Part shown: piece by piece, positions 12,823 through 25,293 of the stretch
Numbering within the stretch: position 1 is the first letter of the stretch
Layout of the letters: each line of letters starts with the position of its first letter
Origin: Leucoraja erinacea
Lineage: Eukaryota
DNA: 64,000 nucleotides
NCBI RefSeq assembly: GCF_028641065.1
Contig: NC_073377.1
Coordinates: forward strand, 160,394,001-160,458,000
Direction: 5' to 3'
Made by a program: the position numbers and the translations under genes
The notes under the pieces: generated by a model
Database searches by the model: none
The model's input: the letters and a program-made list of their open reading frames with translations, nothing else
What the model was told of the DNA's origin: nothing

Positions 12823-13739
12823 AGCAATATTGTCAGTTTCTGCTGACGTTCCATGCAACTGGCGATAACTTCTGGCATTCCTTCCTTCCTCTACTGATGC
12901 TGCCTGAGCTGTTGAGTATTTCCAGCGCTTGTTGTTTTATTCTAACTTATTCAATCTTTCTTAACAATTGAAAATTTCCAGCCATGATAAAATCCTCTGC
13001 TAAACAACAGATTGTGTGAAAATGGACCGAATACTGGATGATTTTAAAATCAATTGTGCAACCTTGAAAAGCCTGTCCCTGAGTCGTTCAGTTTGACAGC
13101 ATTTATAGAGGTTGTCCCGACTTCCAGATGACGATCACGCCGTCTCTGATAACGGTTTTTCACAGGGTTGGATTCAGTTGGATTGTAGACTGGAACTCCC
13201 CTGGTGACCCCCCTCCCGCGGTTGGCATGGTGACGCATACCATCCCTGCTTCCCTGTTCCCCAATATCCCCCTCCTGGGGCCATTTGGGGGCCTCATCCC
13301 TGCGCCCCCTCTCCCGCCCAGTTAGGGTTGGGGTTCTTCCCTGTAAAATATTCTTCCCCATGGAATTTAAACCTCCATATATGAAAATTAATCAATCCCG
13401 CTGAGTCCACTTATAGATGTCCGCTTCCATAACTTTTCCAGGGAATCTCCCCCTTATCCCCTCTTAACCCCCCCCTTCTACCCCCTACCCTTCTCCCCTC
13501 TCCCCCATTCCCTCCCCCCCCCCCCCCACTTCTCCCCCTTATCCATTACCCCCTACATTCCCTTCTCCCCCCCTCCCTCCCTTCTCCCATTCCCCCCCCC
13601 CCCTCCACTTTCCCAGCCTTCAACCAGCGACCCCCCGCACACTCCCCACTTTACCTGAGTGCCAGCAGAAACCCAACGCCTAACCCTAACCCAGCCTGCA
13701 AATCTCTTCCCGCCTCTGCGATCCCACGCACCTCGAGCC

Positions 13740-14248
13740 CTCCGTTGACGTGACGATGTTGACTCCCGTAACCGGCGGCGTTTGAGCCCTCCGCATCGTC
13801 ACTTCCCCCGTGCTGGCGATCGGACCCTGGGTCGGGGCTGGTCGATCCACTGTGTCGCTGCAGCTTCCCGACTCGGCCTCTCCTGAGACTGCGAGCTCTG
13901 GATGGTAAGTCCGCAGGCTGCGGTTGGAGCGACCCCAGGCAAGGGATCAGTTCCGATGTTAAGTCCACGGCCCGCGGTGGGGGCATAAGTCAGTCTGAGG
14001 AGGTCTCAAGCTCCATCGATGGTAGGCTGCAGAGCAACCGGAGATGCAACCCGGAAAACAATCGCACCTCCGGCAAGGGAAGAAACTGAAAAAAATATTT
14101 CCCCCTCTCCCTTCCCCCGCTCCCTCCCCCTCCCCACACATAAAACAAACCAGAGACCATTTACACAAACTTTTAACACACACTAAAAGTTAAAAAAATA
14201 GACAGCCTGTTGGTGGGGCTGCCGATCGTGCAGCGCCCCTGGTGGTCA
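13740..14248 (-). mobile_element. GC-rich element related to the 5' part of 4792-5711
   Basis: Shares T-tract, G-run, hairpin and GC(A/G)GCCTACCATC motif; 3' boundary uncertain. Confidence 0.55.
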
Positions 14249-14848
14249 TAGAGTTTTCTAGCATAGGTCCAGGAGCATGGAAGATTTACTAATTGTCAGA
14301 CCCGTTGCAAAGTTCCCACTTGCTTTCTGTCCAAGCCTGGTATATATTTTATCTGGGCCTTATTCCGTACCTCTTTCAAAGATTCTAAAACTCTACCTAT
14401 TTCCTCTTTGATCACATTTATTGAATTGAATATTTCACTCTTGGCCTGTTTAATGGCAACGATGACATCATACATAATTAATGACACATCTCTGAAACAC
14501 TCATTTTGCATGTGGTCCAATTCCCCCCCAGAACAATGATTTTAAATGTTATGGGTTCGAAACAAATTATGACAGGGTTAAGGATGTCTCTAAATGGACA
14601 TTCTGAGAGAGAAGGAGAGAGACTGCGGTCCATATTGGTACCAGCAACATAGGTATGAAGGGGGATGAGGTCTTGTAAAGAGAAGTTACGAGGTTGGGTA
14701 GTAGGTCACAAAACTGGACCTGCAGAGTTGAAACCTCAGATATACCACCCATGCCATGCTAGTGAGGCAACAAATAGACAAATGGTATATCTCTGGAGAA
14801 TATGGATAGGTGACATTTTGGATGCCTTCAGTTACTCCAGCACTTTGT

Positions 14849-15275
14849 CAGATTCAGATTCAGATTCAATTTTAATTGTCATTGTCAGTGTACAGTACAG
14901 AGACAACGAAATGCATTTAGCATCTCCCTGGAAGAGCGACATAGCACATGATTTGAATAAATAATAATAAGTGTCCGGGGGGGGGGGGGGGGGGGGGGGG
15001 GGGGTGTGATTGGCAGTCACCGAGGTACGTTGTTGAGTAGAGTGACAGCCGCTGGGAAGAAGCTGTTCCTCGACCTGCTGGTTCGGCTACGGAGAGACCT
15101 GTAGCGCCTCCCGGATGGTAGGAGGATAAACAGTCCATGGTTGGGGTGAGAGCAGTCCTTGGCGATGCTGAGCGCCCTCCGCAGACAGCGCTTGCTTTGG
15201 ACAGACTCAATGGAGGGGAGCGAGGAACCGGTGATGCGTTGGGCAATTTTCACCACCCTCTGCAATGCCTTCCGG
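14849..15275 (-). mobile_element. Rex1/Babar LINE 3' fragment, (GAATCT)n tail
   Basis: QRVVKIAQRITG...LPSGRRYRSLRSRTSRSRNSFFP; near-identical to the 3' part of 48469-48975. Confidence 0.85.
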
Positions 15276-16271
15276 GTTTTCCAGCAACAGTGGGTTTTTT
15301 TACACAGAAAAATGATGTTATGACCATTTCAGAGACACTGTTTCAAGCGGGACGTATCTGGCAGGTTTTGTTCTGTCCTGGGTTTTGATGTTTCTGATAG
15401 GGGGGGGAAACGAGGTGGAGTGTTTGTGTTACTAATTATGGAGAATGTCACAACTGCTCAAACATGGGATCTGCCACTAAAGCTCAAAAATAAGAAAGGC
15501 ACAATCACGGGAATGGGATTGTGATGTAGGTCTCTCAATAAACCAGTGGGAAAAGGAGAACCAGATGCGTAGACAGATTATGGAAAGTTATAAAAGCAAC
15601 AGGATTGTCTAGGAATGACTTTGAGTTCCCCAATATTGACTGGGACCTCCTTTTAGACGGGACAGAATTTATTAGATGCATCCAAAGGGGATTAAAAAAA
15701 AATATGTGGGCAGTTCAACTGGAGAAAGGGCCATGTGGAATATTGTATTGGGAAACAAACCTGGCTAGGTAGACTCAAAGAAGTGCAGAAGATGGTTTGC
15801 CAAAAAAGACACAAAGTGCTGGAGTAACTCAGCAGGTTAGGCAGCATTTCTGCAGTACATGGTCCCGACCAGAACCATGTTCTCCAGAGATGCTGCCCGA
15901 CCTACAGAATCATTCCAGTAACAGTTAGACACAAAATGCTGGAGTAACTCAGCAGGTCAGGCAACATCTTTGGAGAAAATGAATAGGTGAGACCTTTCAG
16001 GTTGGAACCCTTGTTCAGGCGTATTCCAGCACTTTGTGCCAAACTTGGCCAGCTGACTGGCATTTGGGGAGGAGAGCATTTTGGGAACAGTGGTCACAAG
16101 TTTTAAGATGGTTATGAATAAGGCAGACCTTATGGGGTGAAGAAAATTACAACATTGTTAGGTTGGGAAAGTAAATTGGGAGCATCTGTTATTAAGTGAC
16201 TCCACATCCAACATGTTGGAATCATTTAAGGGCAAGCTGATTAGAATCTTGGACCAGCATGTTCCAAAAAG

Positions 16272-16580
16272 GAGGAAGGTAGAAGGTACAGGAGCCTGAA
16301 GGCTGCAACAACCAGGTTCAGGAATAGCTACTTCCCCACAGCCATCAGGCTATTAAACCCGGCTCGGACAAAACTCTGATTATTAATAACCCATTATCTG
16401 TTATTTGCACTTTATCAGTTTATTTATTCCTGTGTGTATATATTTATATAATGGTATATGGACACACTGATCTGTTTTGTAGTAAATGCCTACTATGTTC
16501 TGTGTGCAAAGCATAGCAAGAATTTCATTGTCCTATCAGGGACCCATGACAATAAACTCTCTTGAACTTGAACTTGAACT
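16272..16580 (+). mobile_element. Rex1/Babar LINE 3' end, (CTTGAA)n tail
   Basis: GRRYRSLKAATTRFRNSYFPTAIRLLN; ATGACAATAAA plus tandem tail. Confidence 0.75.
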
Positions 16581-18713
16581 AGATGAGGTTGTAAATTAGG
16601 TCAGAAATAAATAAAAAAGCAGATGAAACATTTAGAAAGACGAAATAAGTCAGGGGGTTTTGAGGAATATAAAGGAAGCAGGAAATAACTCAAGCAGGGA
16701 ATTATAGGGGCTAAATGGGCAATGAAATGTCCCTTGCGAGAAAGATTAAAGGGATTTCCAATGTATTTTATACATTCATCAGAACAGGAGGGTAAATGTG
16801 GGAAACCAGGCACACTCAAGGATACAGAAGGCAATTTATGAAGCTGGAGGATGTAGGCTAGGTACATCACAAGGAGATGGACATGAATAATGGTGAGATT
16901 AGTGTGGGGTATACCAATACGTTTGGGCATTTTGAGATCAAGAAAGAAATGCCGTTGGGTCTCTTGAAGAGCATTAAGGTGTTAAGTCCCCAGGGCCCGA
17001 CGTGATCTATCCCTGGTTATCGAGAGAGGCAAGAGAGGAGAATGCTGGGGCTTAGACGAAGATCTTTGTATGCTCTCCAGCCACAGATAAGGTCTCGTGG
17101 GATGGGAGAGTAGCCAATGCTGTTCTTTTACTTATGGGAAAAGAGGGATAATCAGGGAACTTATCGGGCAGTGAGCCTCACGTCAGTGGTTGGGAAGATA
17201 TTGGAGAGGATTCTTAGGGATAGGAGTTATGTGCCTTTGGAAGAGAATGGGATAATTAAAGACAGTCGGCATGGCTTAGCGCAGAGAAGGTCATGTCTTA
17301 CAAAACTTGATTGTTTCGTCAGAGATAACAAAGGTGATTGATAAGCGTAGAGCAGTACATGTTGCCAACATGGATTTTAAAAAGGCCTTTGGAAGGCTGA
17401 TCCTGAAGATTCAAATGCATGGGATTGGTCATTTGGATTCAACCTAGCTGACCCATAGAAGACAGAAGGGAATGGCTGGAGGTCTGTTACCAGTGATATT
17501 CCTGTAGGAATCAGTGCTAGGAATCTCTGCCTCAGAGGGCAGTGGGGGAAGGTTCTCTGGATGCTTACAAGAGAGAGCTAGATAGGGCTCTTAAAAATAG
17601 GGGAGTCAGGGGTTATGGGGAGAAGGCAGGAACGGGGTACCGATTGGGGATGATCAGCCATGATCACATTGAATGGCGGTGCTGGCTCGAAGGGCCAAAT
17701 GGCCTACTCCTGCACCTGTTGTCCATTGACTTGTTGTTTGTGATATATACGACTTGGAAATAAATGAAGATTACTTGGTTAGTAAGTTTGCAGATGACCC
17801 AGAAATTAGTGAAGTTATGGATAGTGAAGAAAGCTGCTCAAGGAAACCGCAAATATAAATCAATTGCATATATGCGCAGGGAAATAGTAAATAGAATTTG
17901 ATCCAAGCAAATGTGAGGTGTGTCACTTTGCGGAGGTCAAGTATAAAGAGAAAGAAATATACAGTTAATGGTAGGGCCCTTAACAACATTGATGTGCGGA
18001 GGGATCTTTGGGTGCAAGTGCATAGCTCGCTGTGAGTAGCAACACAAGTTGTTAAGAGTGGTAGAGAAGGCTTATGGTAGGCTTGCCTTCATCAGTCAGG
18101 GCACGGAGTATCAGAGTCAGGGTGTCATGTGTCTGTTTTTATAAAACTTTAGATGGACTGGATTTGGAGTATTGCGTGCAGTTGTTGTCACCCATTTACA
18201 GGATAGATGTGGAGACTTTGGAGAGGGTGTGGAAGAAGTTGACTAGGATGCTGTCTGGATTAGAGCATCTATTAGAGATTATGGAGTCTGGAGAAACTTT
18301 GATTGTTTTCTCAGAATTGATGAGGCCGAGGGGAGACCTGATAGAAGTGTACAACATTTGGAGAAGCATCGACAGGGTAGACAGAAATAGATCAACTGTT
18401 TGGAAATGTCAAAGACAAGATGGCACAACTTTCAGGTAAGAGAGCAAAGTTTAAAGGAGATATACAGGACCAGTTATTTGCAGGCTAAATACTACATGTA
18501 TTTCCCAATCTTTATTTCATTCTCCATAAGATGAATAAAAACTTAAAAAGATAAGTTTATTTGCCTCTAAGTTTCTAATCAGTCAAAGTCTTTCATCTGA
18601 CTTGCTGCTAACCTTGGCACCTAGGAGAGTCTTGGTTCTTGGTCCTCCAAAATATTCCAAATTGAATTTAAACTGGTGGTGAAGGGAGGGCTTAAGCAAG
18701 ATACGGTTATTGG

Positions 18714-19680
18714 GAAGGGGGGGGGGGGGGGGAGAGAGAGAGAGGGAGGGGGGGGGGGGGGGGGGGGGGAGAGAGAGAGAGAGGGGGAGAGACAGAGAGA
18801 GAGAGGAGAGGGAGGGGGAGAGAGAGACGGGAGGGGACGTAGAGAGAGGGGGGAGGTAGGGAGGGGGAGAGAGGGAGAGAGGGGTGGGAGAGAGAGAGAG
18901 GTGGAGGGGAGAGAGAGGGGGGGGGGGAGGGGGGGGGAGGGGGAGAGAGTGGGGGAAAGTGTGGGAGAGGGGGGGGGGGGAGGGGAGAGGGGGGGGGGGG
19001 GGGGGAGAGAGTGAGAGAGATGGGAGGGGGGAGAGAGAGAGAGGGGAGGGGGGGAGAGAGATGGGATGGGGGGGGGGAGAGAGTGGGGGGGGGGGAGAGA
19101 GAGGGGAGGGGGGGAGGGAGAGAGAGGAGAGAGAGTGGGGGGGAGAGAGAGAGAGGGAGAGAAAAAGTGGGAGAGAGAGAGAGAGAGAGAGACAGAGGGG
19201 GAGAGATGGGAGAGAGAGAGAGAGGGAATGTGTGAGAGAGAGAGAGAGAGGGAAGGGGGGAGAGAGAGAGGGGGATGGAGAGANNNNNNNNNNNNNNNNN
19301 NNNNNNNNNNNNNNNNNNNNNNNNNNNNNNNNNNNNNNNNNNNNNNNNNNNNNNNNNNNNNNNNNNNNNNNNNNNNNNNNNNNNNNNNNNNNNNNNNNNN
19401 NNNNNNNNNNNNNNNNNNNNNNNNNNNNNNNNNNNNNNNNNNNNNNNNNNNNNNNNNNNNNNNNNNNNNNNNNNNNNNNNNNNNNNNNNNNNNNNNNNNN
19501 NNNNNNNNNNNNNNNNNNNNNNNNNNNNNNNNNNNNNNNNNNNNNNNNNNNNNNNNNNNNNNNNNNNNNNNNNNNNNNNNNNNNNNNNNNNNNNNNNNNN
19601 NNNNNNNNNNNNNNNNNNNNNNAGAGAGTTGGGAGGGGAGAGAGAGAGTTGGGAGGGGGGAGAGAGGGGAGGGGGAGAGA
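18714..19680 (+). repeat. Polypurine (G/GA)n low-complexity tract containing an assembly gap (N at 19284-19622)
   Basis: Directly visible in the sequence. Confidence 0.95.
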
Positions 19681-20019
19681 TAGTCCACCACAAATACTTC
19701 ACATCTGACAATTCTCATTAGCAAAGGGCAAATGTTTGCTACAGGACCTATTGAATCAACGTGGCCAGGTTACTGCGACATGACTTCTTCATTGACTTAA
19801 AATCATATAGGGCTCTAAAGTGAGATTTGAACATTTTTGACCAAAATATTTTGATTGACGAGTAATTCAGCCATTACTCATGATTGATTTATGAACAGAG
19901 CCTTAACTAATTTCAAGTGAATTATTCCCTGGAGTAATCGAAACAAATGAATATTCAGCAGGTCAGTGGCGTCTTTGGACATTTAAACAGCATTTTCTCC
20001 AGCACCACCTCTGGTGTTA

Positions 20020-20150
20020 TGTTGAGTTTTTACACGTCCTTCCTGTAACTGCATGCATTTCCCCGAATACTATCCTTTCTGTCCACGCCCCAAAGATGGG
20101 TTAGTAGGTTACTAGGCTGCAACAAGTTGCCCCTAGTGCACAGGGAAGTG
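20020..20150 (+). mobile_element. Degenerate V-SINE/HE1-like remnant
   Basis: GAGTTT..CACGTCCTTCC...CCCCAAAGATG...AAGTTGCCCCTAGTG central-domain pattern. Confidence 0.45.
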
Positions 20151-22719
20151 GTGGAAGTAGGGGAGAGTTGATGGGAATACATAGAGAATAAAATGGGATT
20201 GTGTATATAGGCGTTTCATGATCAACAAGGACCAGTTTCCATTCTGTAGTTCTGAATTGTAACGGTTTCATTTTCTTTGGGTGATTTAGTGTATTAACTA
20301 TGTATATGACTAAATGCAAGCAATGATATGACCCGAGAATACCCAAGAGCTTCTTCTACCAGCCACCTCCCCTCTACATCTTCAGTCTAAAGAATGGTAC
20401 TGACGGAACTTGTCCATTTCCCACCACAGATGCTGCCGGATGTACGGAGTTCCTCCAGCAGTTTGCGCTCACCATTCCAGCATCTGCAATCCCTTTTGTT
20501 TCCAGCTGTTTATTGTTCTTTGTATACTCGATACCAGACTCCATCAACAGACACTATTCCAAGTTTTTAATTTCCTTGGGTGAGATTATCAGGTGGACAG
20601 AGCAAGCGATTTATGGATATGCTCAAAGCAATATTCCCACTGATTCTTCAGAATACCTGACCACGTGCTGATTGAATTAGCTTTCATGATGAAATTCAAT
20701 CTCAAATCCACGTACATTGAGGATTTAGAAGACCTGCATAAATGGAGGGAGGGGAAAAAACAGTCTCACAAATCAGCCACGTGTGATCATGCCTCCCATT
20801 CATGTCTGCGCTTGCCTCCTTGATCTTAGCAGTTACTTCAGAATGCACATAACCAGAGTGGAAGTAAGTCACCCTAGATCCAGAGGAATTATCCAAGAAG
20901 ATGATGAATTAACATTACACAACAGTAATTTTGGGTCGGGGTGTCTAAATTCAATTTTTTTTTTTTTTTTTTTAAATAAATGCTTCACCTCAACTTTAAG
21001 TGTTCCATAATCTCCACAAATACTCCCAAAATCATTAGACTAACTCATTGGAAAGTCTTTTTTTGTGATCCAAAAAAAACATCTGTTCCGAGCCAATGAA
21101 ACATTACTCAATTCGCTTAGCAATCGAACATTCTCATTATCCCACAAAGATGTTTTTATTCAAACCTGCCTGGAAAATACCAGCAATAATTAAATAAATA
21201 ATAGATAAATGAGCAGAAAGACCTTAAGAAAAAATCAAAAAAATCAAAATCAAAAAAAAAAAATCAGTCTTTACGAATGGAATTTCAACTGAATGCAGTG
21301 CACACATTATTCACATAATAGATTGAAAGGGAAACAAATGATGCCGTTGTACATTGTGGTCTCATCTACTCTTCTGGGATGGTCCAGTTGCTGTGAGGAG
21401 GACACTACACTATACCCCATCCCATCAAATTGTTTATGCTCTCCTGCTGATTTTCAGTCCTAATTTAATGTCATCAAGCATCACTAATCCCATGAACAGC
21501 TCTACCTAAACTGAAAAGGAACTTACAAAATTGTGGCCGAGTTGTAAACAAGACGAACATAATCTTGACTTTTATTAATTGCAGTAATTTGTAAGATCAG
21601 TGGACGTACAGTGTCTGTTCCTGGGGTAAAACACGTAAAGCGCATTTAATACATTTTTAGAAACACTTAAATCATGCCATTAAATCATGTCTGTGGAGTA
21701 TTTTTCCAATAACTTCAGCTTCCCCCACCCCCCCCCCCCACCACCCCCCACCCCCCCCACTCCACCCCACCCCCCCCCCCACCCCCCCCCCATCCCCCCC
21801 CCCACCCCATCCCCCTCCCACCAGTCCATTGCTCCAATATGGTGGAATGACTGGCTTGACGTGCAGGTCTGCTGTGGAGAGATTCAGTCTGGGATCTGGG
21901 ATGGCAGATTGCAGGCTCCAGAGTGGCCAAATGAGAGGTCATAAACCCTAAGATTGGCTGAATGGAGGGATGGGACCCCAAGCCTCAAGTGCGACAGAGA
22001 TCAGAGATGGTAACGTGGATGAGGGGAGTACCAGGGAAACTGGGAAGAGGTCAGATAATCTGGCCAAATGCAGTAGGATTTTCATTCTGCAAAGTCCAAA
22101 TATTGCAGTCTTATTCATGTTGTATTGAAGAAGTCCCAGCACAGAAACTTGAGGCAGAGTGATTGTTGTACCCTATTGAATAGACAAAATAAATAAATAC
22201 TTTTAGAATTAGCTGAACATCAAGTCCAATGCTTTCATGGATACATGCATCTCAGCTCTTTATTGGATGTATTCACTGAGCTGCCTCCACTACTGTTTGA
22301 AGAGATAATAGTAGCACAAAATGTGAAGGTCCTGACCCATGTAATCACACAACTTACAGAAGAGGAACGAGGGAAGCCCATATAAATATGGTGCCAGTAA
22401 AAATAAAATACCTTTATTTGATCCTTGCCATTGGCATATTTTGAACCTTTGTGAGCAATTATTGGCAAAACTGGCATAACTATAATGTGGTCTTATTTTT
22501 CTCACATCCATCCTGGTAAGGCACTGCAAAAACACCTGTGTTTTATATACAACTGCATTAAAAATCAAAACGAGCATATGGAAACTGGTGACTTTAGCAC
22601 TGATCAACTGTGCTAGAGATTCAGGCCTGGGCGAGACAAGAGGTCATTTGAATGACAAGGAAAATATTATTCAATACAAAACCACACACTCCACACAATG
22701 GGGAAACTCAACATGCACA

Positions 22720-24233
22720 ACGATTTCAAATGAAAAAGCACATTTTATTGCACTTAAGTTATAAGAAAATAAAAATTCTAAGTGAATCAAACCATAGACA
22801 CAATCCCTTTTCGGTTTCACCATTACATCAGGCAGTTTACATACTGTAAAGTAGAATACCTGAAATCTGATTTTTATCTTTTTGCTTTTAAAAAACAGAC
22901 TATAAATTAACAGGAAAATAAAAAGAAAAACAAAGCATCTCACTCAAGGTTGTTTAGTATACAGTGTTAAACCACTTTCACAGTTCATGTTGAGTTGTGA
23001 ATTCTGAATAATGATGAGACAAACAATTTAGCTATTTTACCGGCACGGTTTCAGGACAAAACATTCAGTTTTGCTTTGTCAGTGACTCTGTAGCAGTTGG
23101 ATATTTCAATACTGTTTACACTAAGACTGACCAGCAAGGACATCTTTTATTTTATATGCACATCTCACTTGACTCCCGTGTTCTTTTTGCATGATGTCAG
23201 TAACCTTAATTCTTTTTATCTGTTCCACTATAGACCTCACAATAAAATTCTCTATAATACAGGCTGAAAGAGCTCCCTTCTGAAGGAATGTGTTCAACAT
23301 AGTCCAGAAACAAAAAACATTCCGATATAGCACTTAACTCTTCTCAGTTTCCTTCTTGCAGGCCATCTTTCTTTCTTTCAGCCTCCTAGAGGCACAGTTG
23401 GCTCAAGTTTCTGTGGCAATTGCCTTTTTTTAAAAGTCAAAAATTATCCATTCCAGATCAAATTTTGAACTAGAATCTGGATGTGAAATGTCACAATAGA
23501 AGACATAGCAGCAATTGATTTGGCCACTGAGATTACAGTACAGGGATGGGACGACTTTAGCAAGACCTATTCGAATAATCCCAACAACTCCGCAAGTTTT
23601 GGAGTTCTTTAATCACTCAGGATAATTTGCCTCCGAAGAACGATATAACCCTCATTAAAATAATCTGGAAGCAGTGGTGAATAAATAGAGAAATACATGT
23701 TAATACTGTGACTGATTGTTGGCAACATTAGGCTTTTTATATATATATATATTTATTCATTTTAATATATATATAAAAAATTGTACAAAATTCACAGTAA
23801 GGTTTCAAATGTTGAAACCTGAAAGGACAAACTGAGGCAGACATAATCCAAGTCTTTAAGAAAACCAGCCCTCGGCCTGATCAGCAGCTTGTTTAAAACA
23901 CAACTTCTCAAATAATTTTCTTTTTTATGCCTTGCTGCTGTGACCTGGGTGCTGATAATCAATAAAAAAATAATAATTGCACTAGGCTTTGTATCAAGTC
24001 TTTCTGGACAGAACTGCCCAAGGGCAAAGGGAAGTCAGATATAACAAGACAAAGTGTGCATCCGACCAAGTCAGACTGTGTCAGTTATATTATGTCCTCC
24101 CTTCCTGCCTTTCCCAGCGATCTCTAGGTCTTTGTGTCTTCATCATGGCATCCAAAGCCAACATCCTGTAGCCACCAACAGCAGGGTGATGTACACTTGA
24201 CTTAACAGATGGACAAATTCCTATTCCACCTCT
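22720..24233 (-). other. FBXW7: FBXW7 3' UTR (~1.5 kb, no recognisable repeats)
   Basis: Follows the stop codon; AU-rich; many miRNA seed matches; ends after an AATAAA followed by a GU-rich element. Exact cleavage site is estimated. Confidence 0.75.
22744..22749 (-). terminator. Polyadenylation signal AATAAA
   Basis: tttatt on +; GU-rich downstream element (TTGTGTGGAGTGTGTGGT on minus) at ~22681-22700. Confidence 0.65.
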
Positions 24234-24502
24234 TCACTTCATGTCCACGTCAAAGTCCAACACAAGCAGCTTTGTTTCCTCAGTCCCATTTCTGCTTCCC
24301 ACTGCACAAACTAGCTTTGTATTCGATGCTCTGATTCTCCAAACAACACCTCCACTGCCTCCACTCTCCAGTGTAACCAAATTCCGAATGAACTCCCCCG
24401 TTTTCAGGTCCCATAGTTTTACAGTGCCATCATCCGAGCTAGTTACCACAAAGTTCTTGTTGAATTGGAGGCATGTCACAGCACTCTGATGTTTGCTAGG
24501 CC
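24234..24502 (-). CDS. FBXW7: FBXW7 last coding exon (GPSKHQSAVTCLQF...LLVLDFDVDMK*), 269 nt
   Basis: cattag|GGCCTAGC... stop TGA at 24236-24234; C-terminus LDFDVDMK matches FBXW7. Confidence 0.97.
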
Positions 24503-25077
24503 CTAATGAGGAGAAACAAAGCAAAGTAAATAAACAATACAATTATTAATACAAAAAATACACAACAGAGATAATAACAGCAAAATCCCAGCACTTGAAT
24601 GACAGGAATATAGGTTCACCTTTGTGATATCAAAATTAATTTCTTATGTATTAATGTATAAACCTGAATTACCTAATACTAAAAATGACCATGAAACTTT
24701 GGATGATGGACAGAGAGAAAATTTGCCACCATTTTTTAACTATTGGGACAAAAAGAATTAATGTTCGGATTTAATTTTTTCAGTTGTTGAAAATATCCAT
24801 ATCATTTGTCAAATTAACTAACTTTCCTTCATAAATTATGAGAATAAATACAGATTTCTGCACAGGGTAATCAGTCAATTTATACCGAATATCCTGACCC
24901 TCCTGCAAGTTTTTATCCCCGACAGAATCAACTACTATTTTTTTCACCCTGTCAAAAGGGAATAATTCCTACAATTGTTCACCCTTTTTATCACAAAATA
25001 CATTGCCATAAGTTATGCTCCACATGTTGATAAATTGGAACTGCATTGCAAGGGCAACCTGCATTTTCTGTACTGTT

Positions 25078-25293
25078 TTCAAGAAGGAACTGCAGATGCT
25101 GGAAAATCGAAGGTACACAAAAATGCTGGAGAAACTCAGCGGGTGCAGCAGCATCTATGGAGCGAAGGAAATGGGTAACATTTCGGGCCGAAACCCTTCT
25201 TCAGACTGATTTCAGACTGAAACGTTACCTATTTCCTTCGCTCCATAGATGCTGCTGCACCTGCTGAGTTTCTCCAGCTTTTTTGTGTACCTT
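25078..25293 (-). mobile_element. Penelope-like fold-back insertion with hammerhead core (25173-25206)
   Basis: Same family as 12605-12822; minus strand GTCTGAAGAAGGGTTTCGGCCCGAAATGTTACCC. Confidence 0.8.

Larger units (their letters stand above)
14560..18470 (+). mobile_element. Old, near full-length degenerate CR1 (esterase-type ORF1 plus APE/RT ORF2) with nested insertions
   Basis: VHIGT remnant ~14628; DFxFPNIDW ~15617; EHFGNSxH ~16075; KSPGPD ~16984; YRAVSLTSVVGK ~17160; FADD ~17788; C-terminal RGDLIEVY ~18330. Confidence 0.7.

Noticed and set aside
13678-13692. Telomere-like CCTAACCCTAACC
   Set aside because: Only about two units; not an interstitial telomeric array
14231-14246. CTCF-like motif CCACCAGGGGCGC on minus strand
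   Set aside because: One G short of the core spacing and located at a repeat boundary
18621-19724. Long ORFs (up to 367 aa) on both strands
   Set aside because: Artefacts of the polypurine tract and N gap
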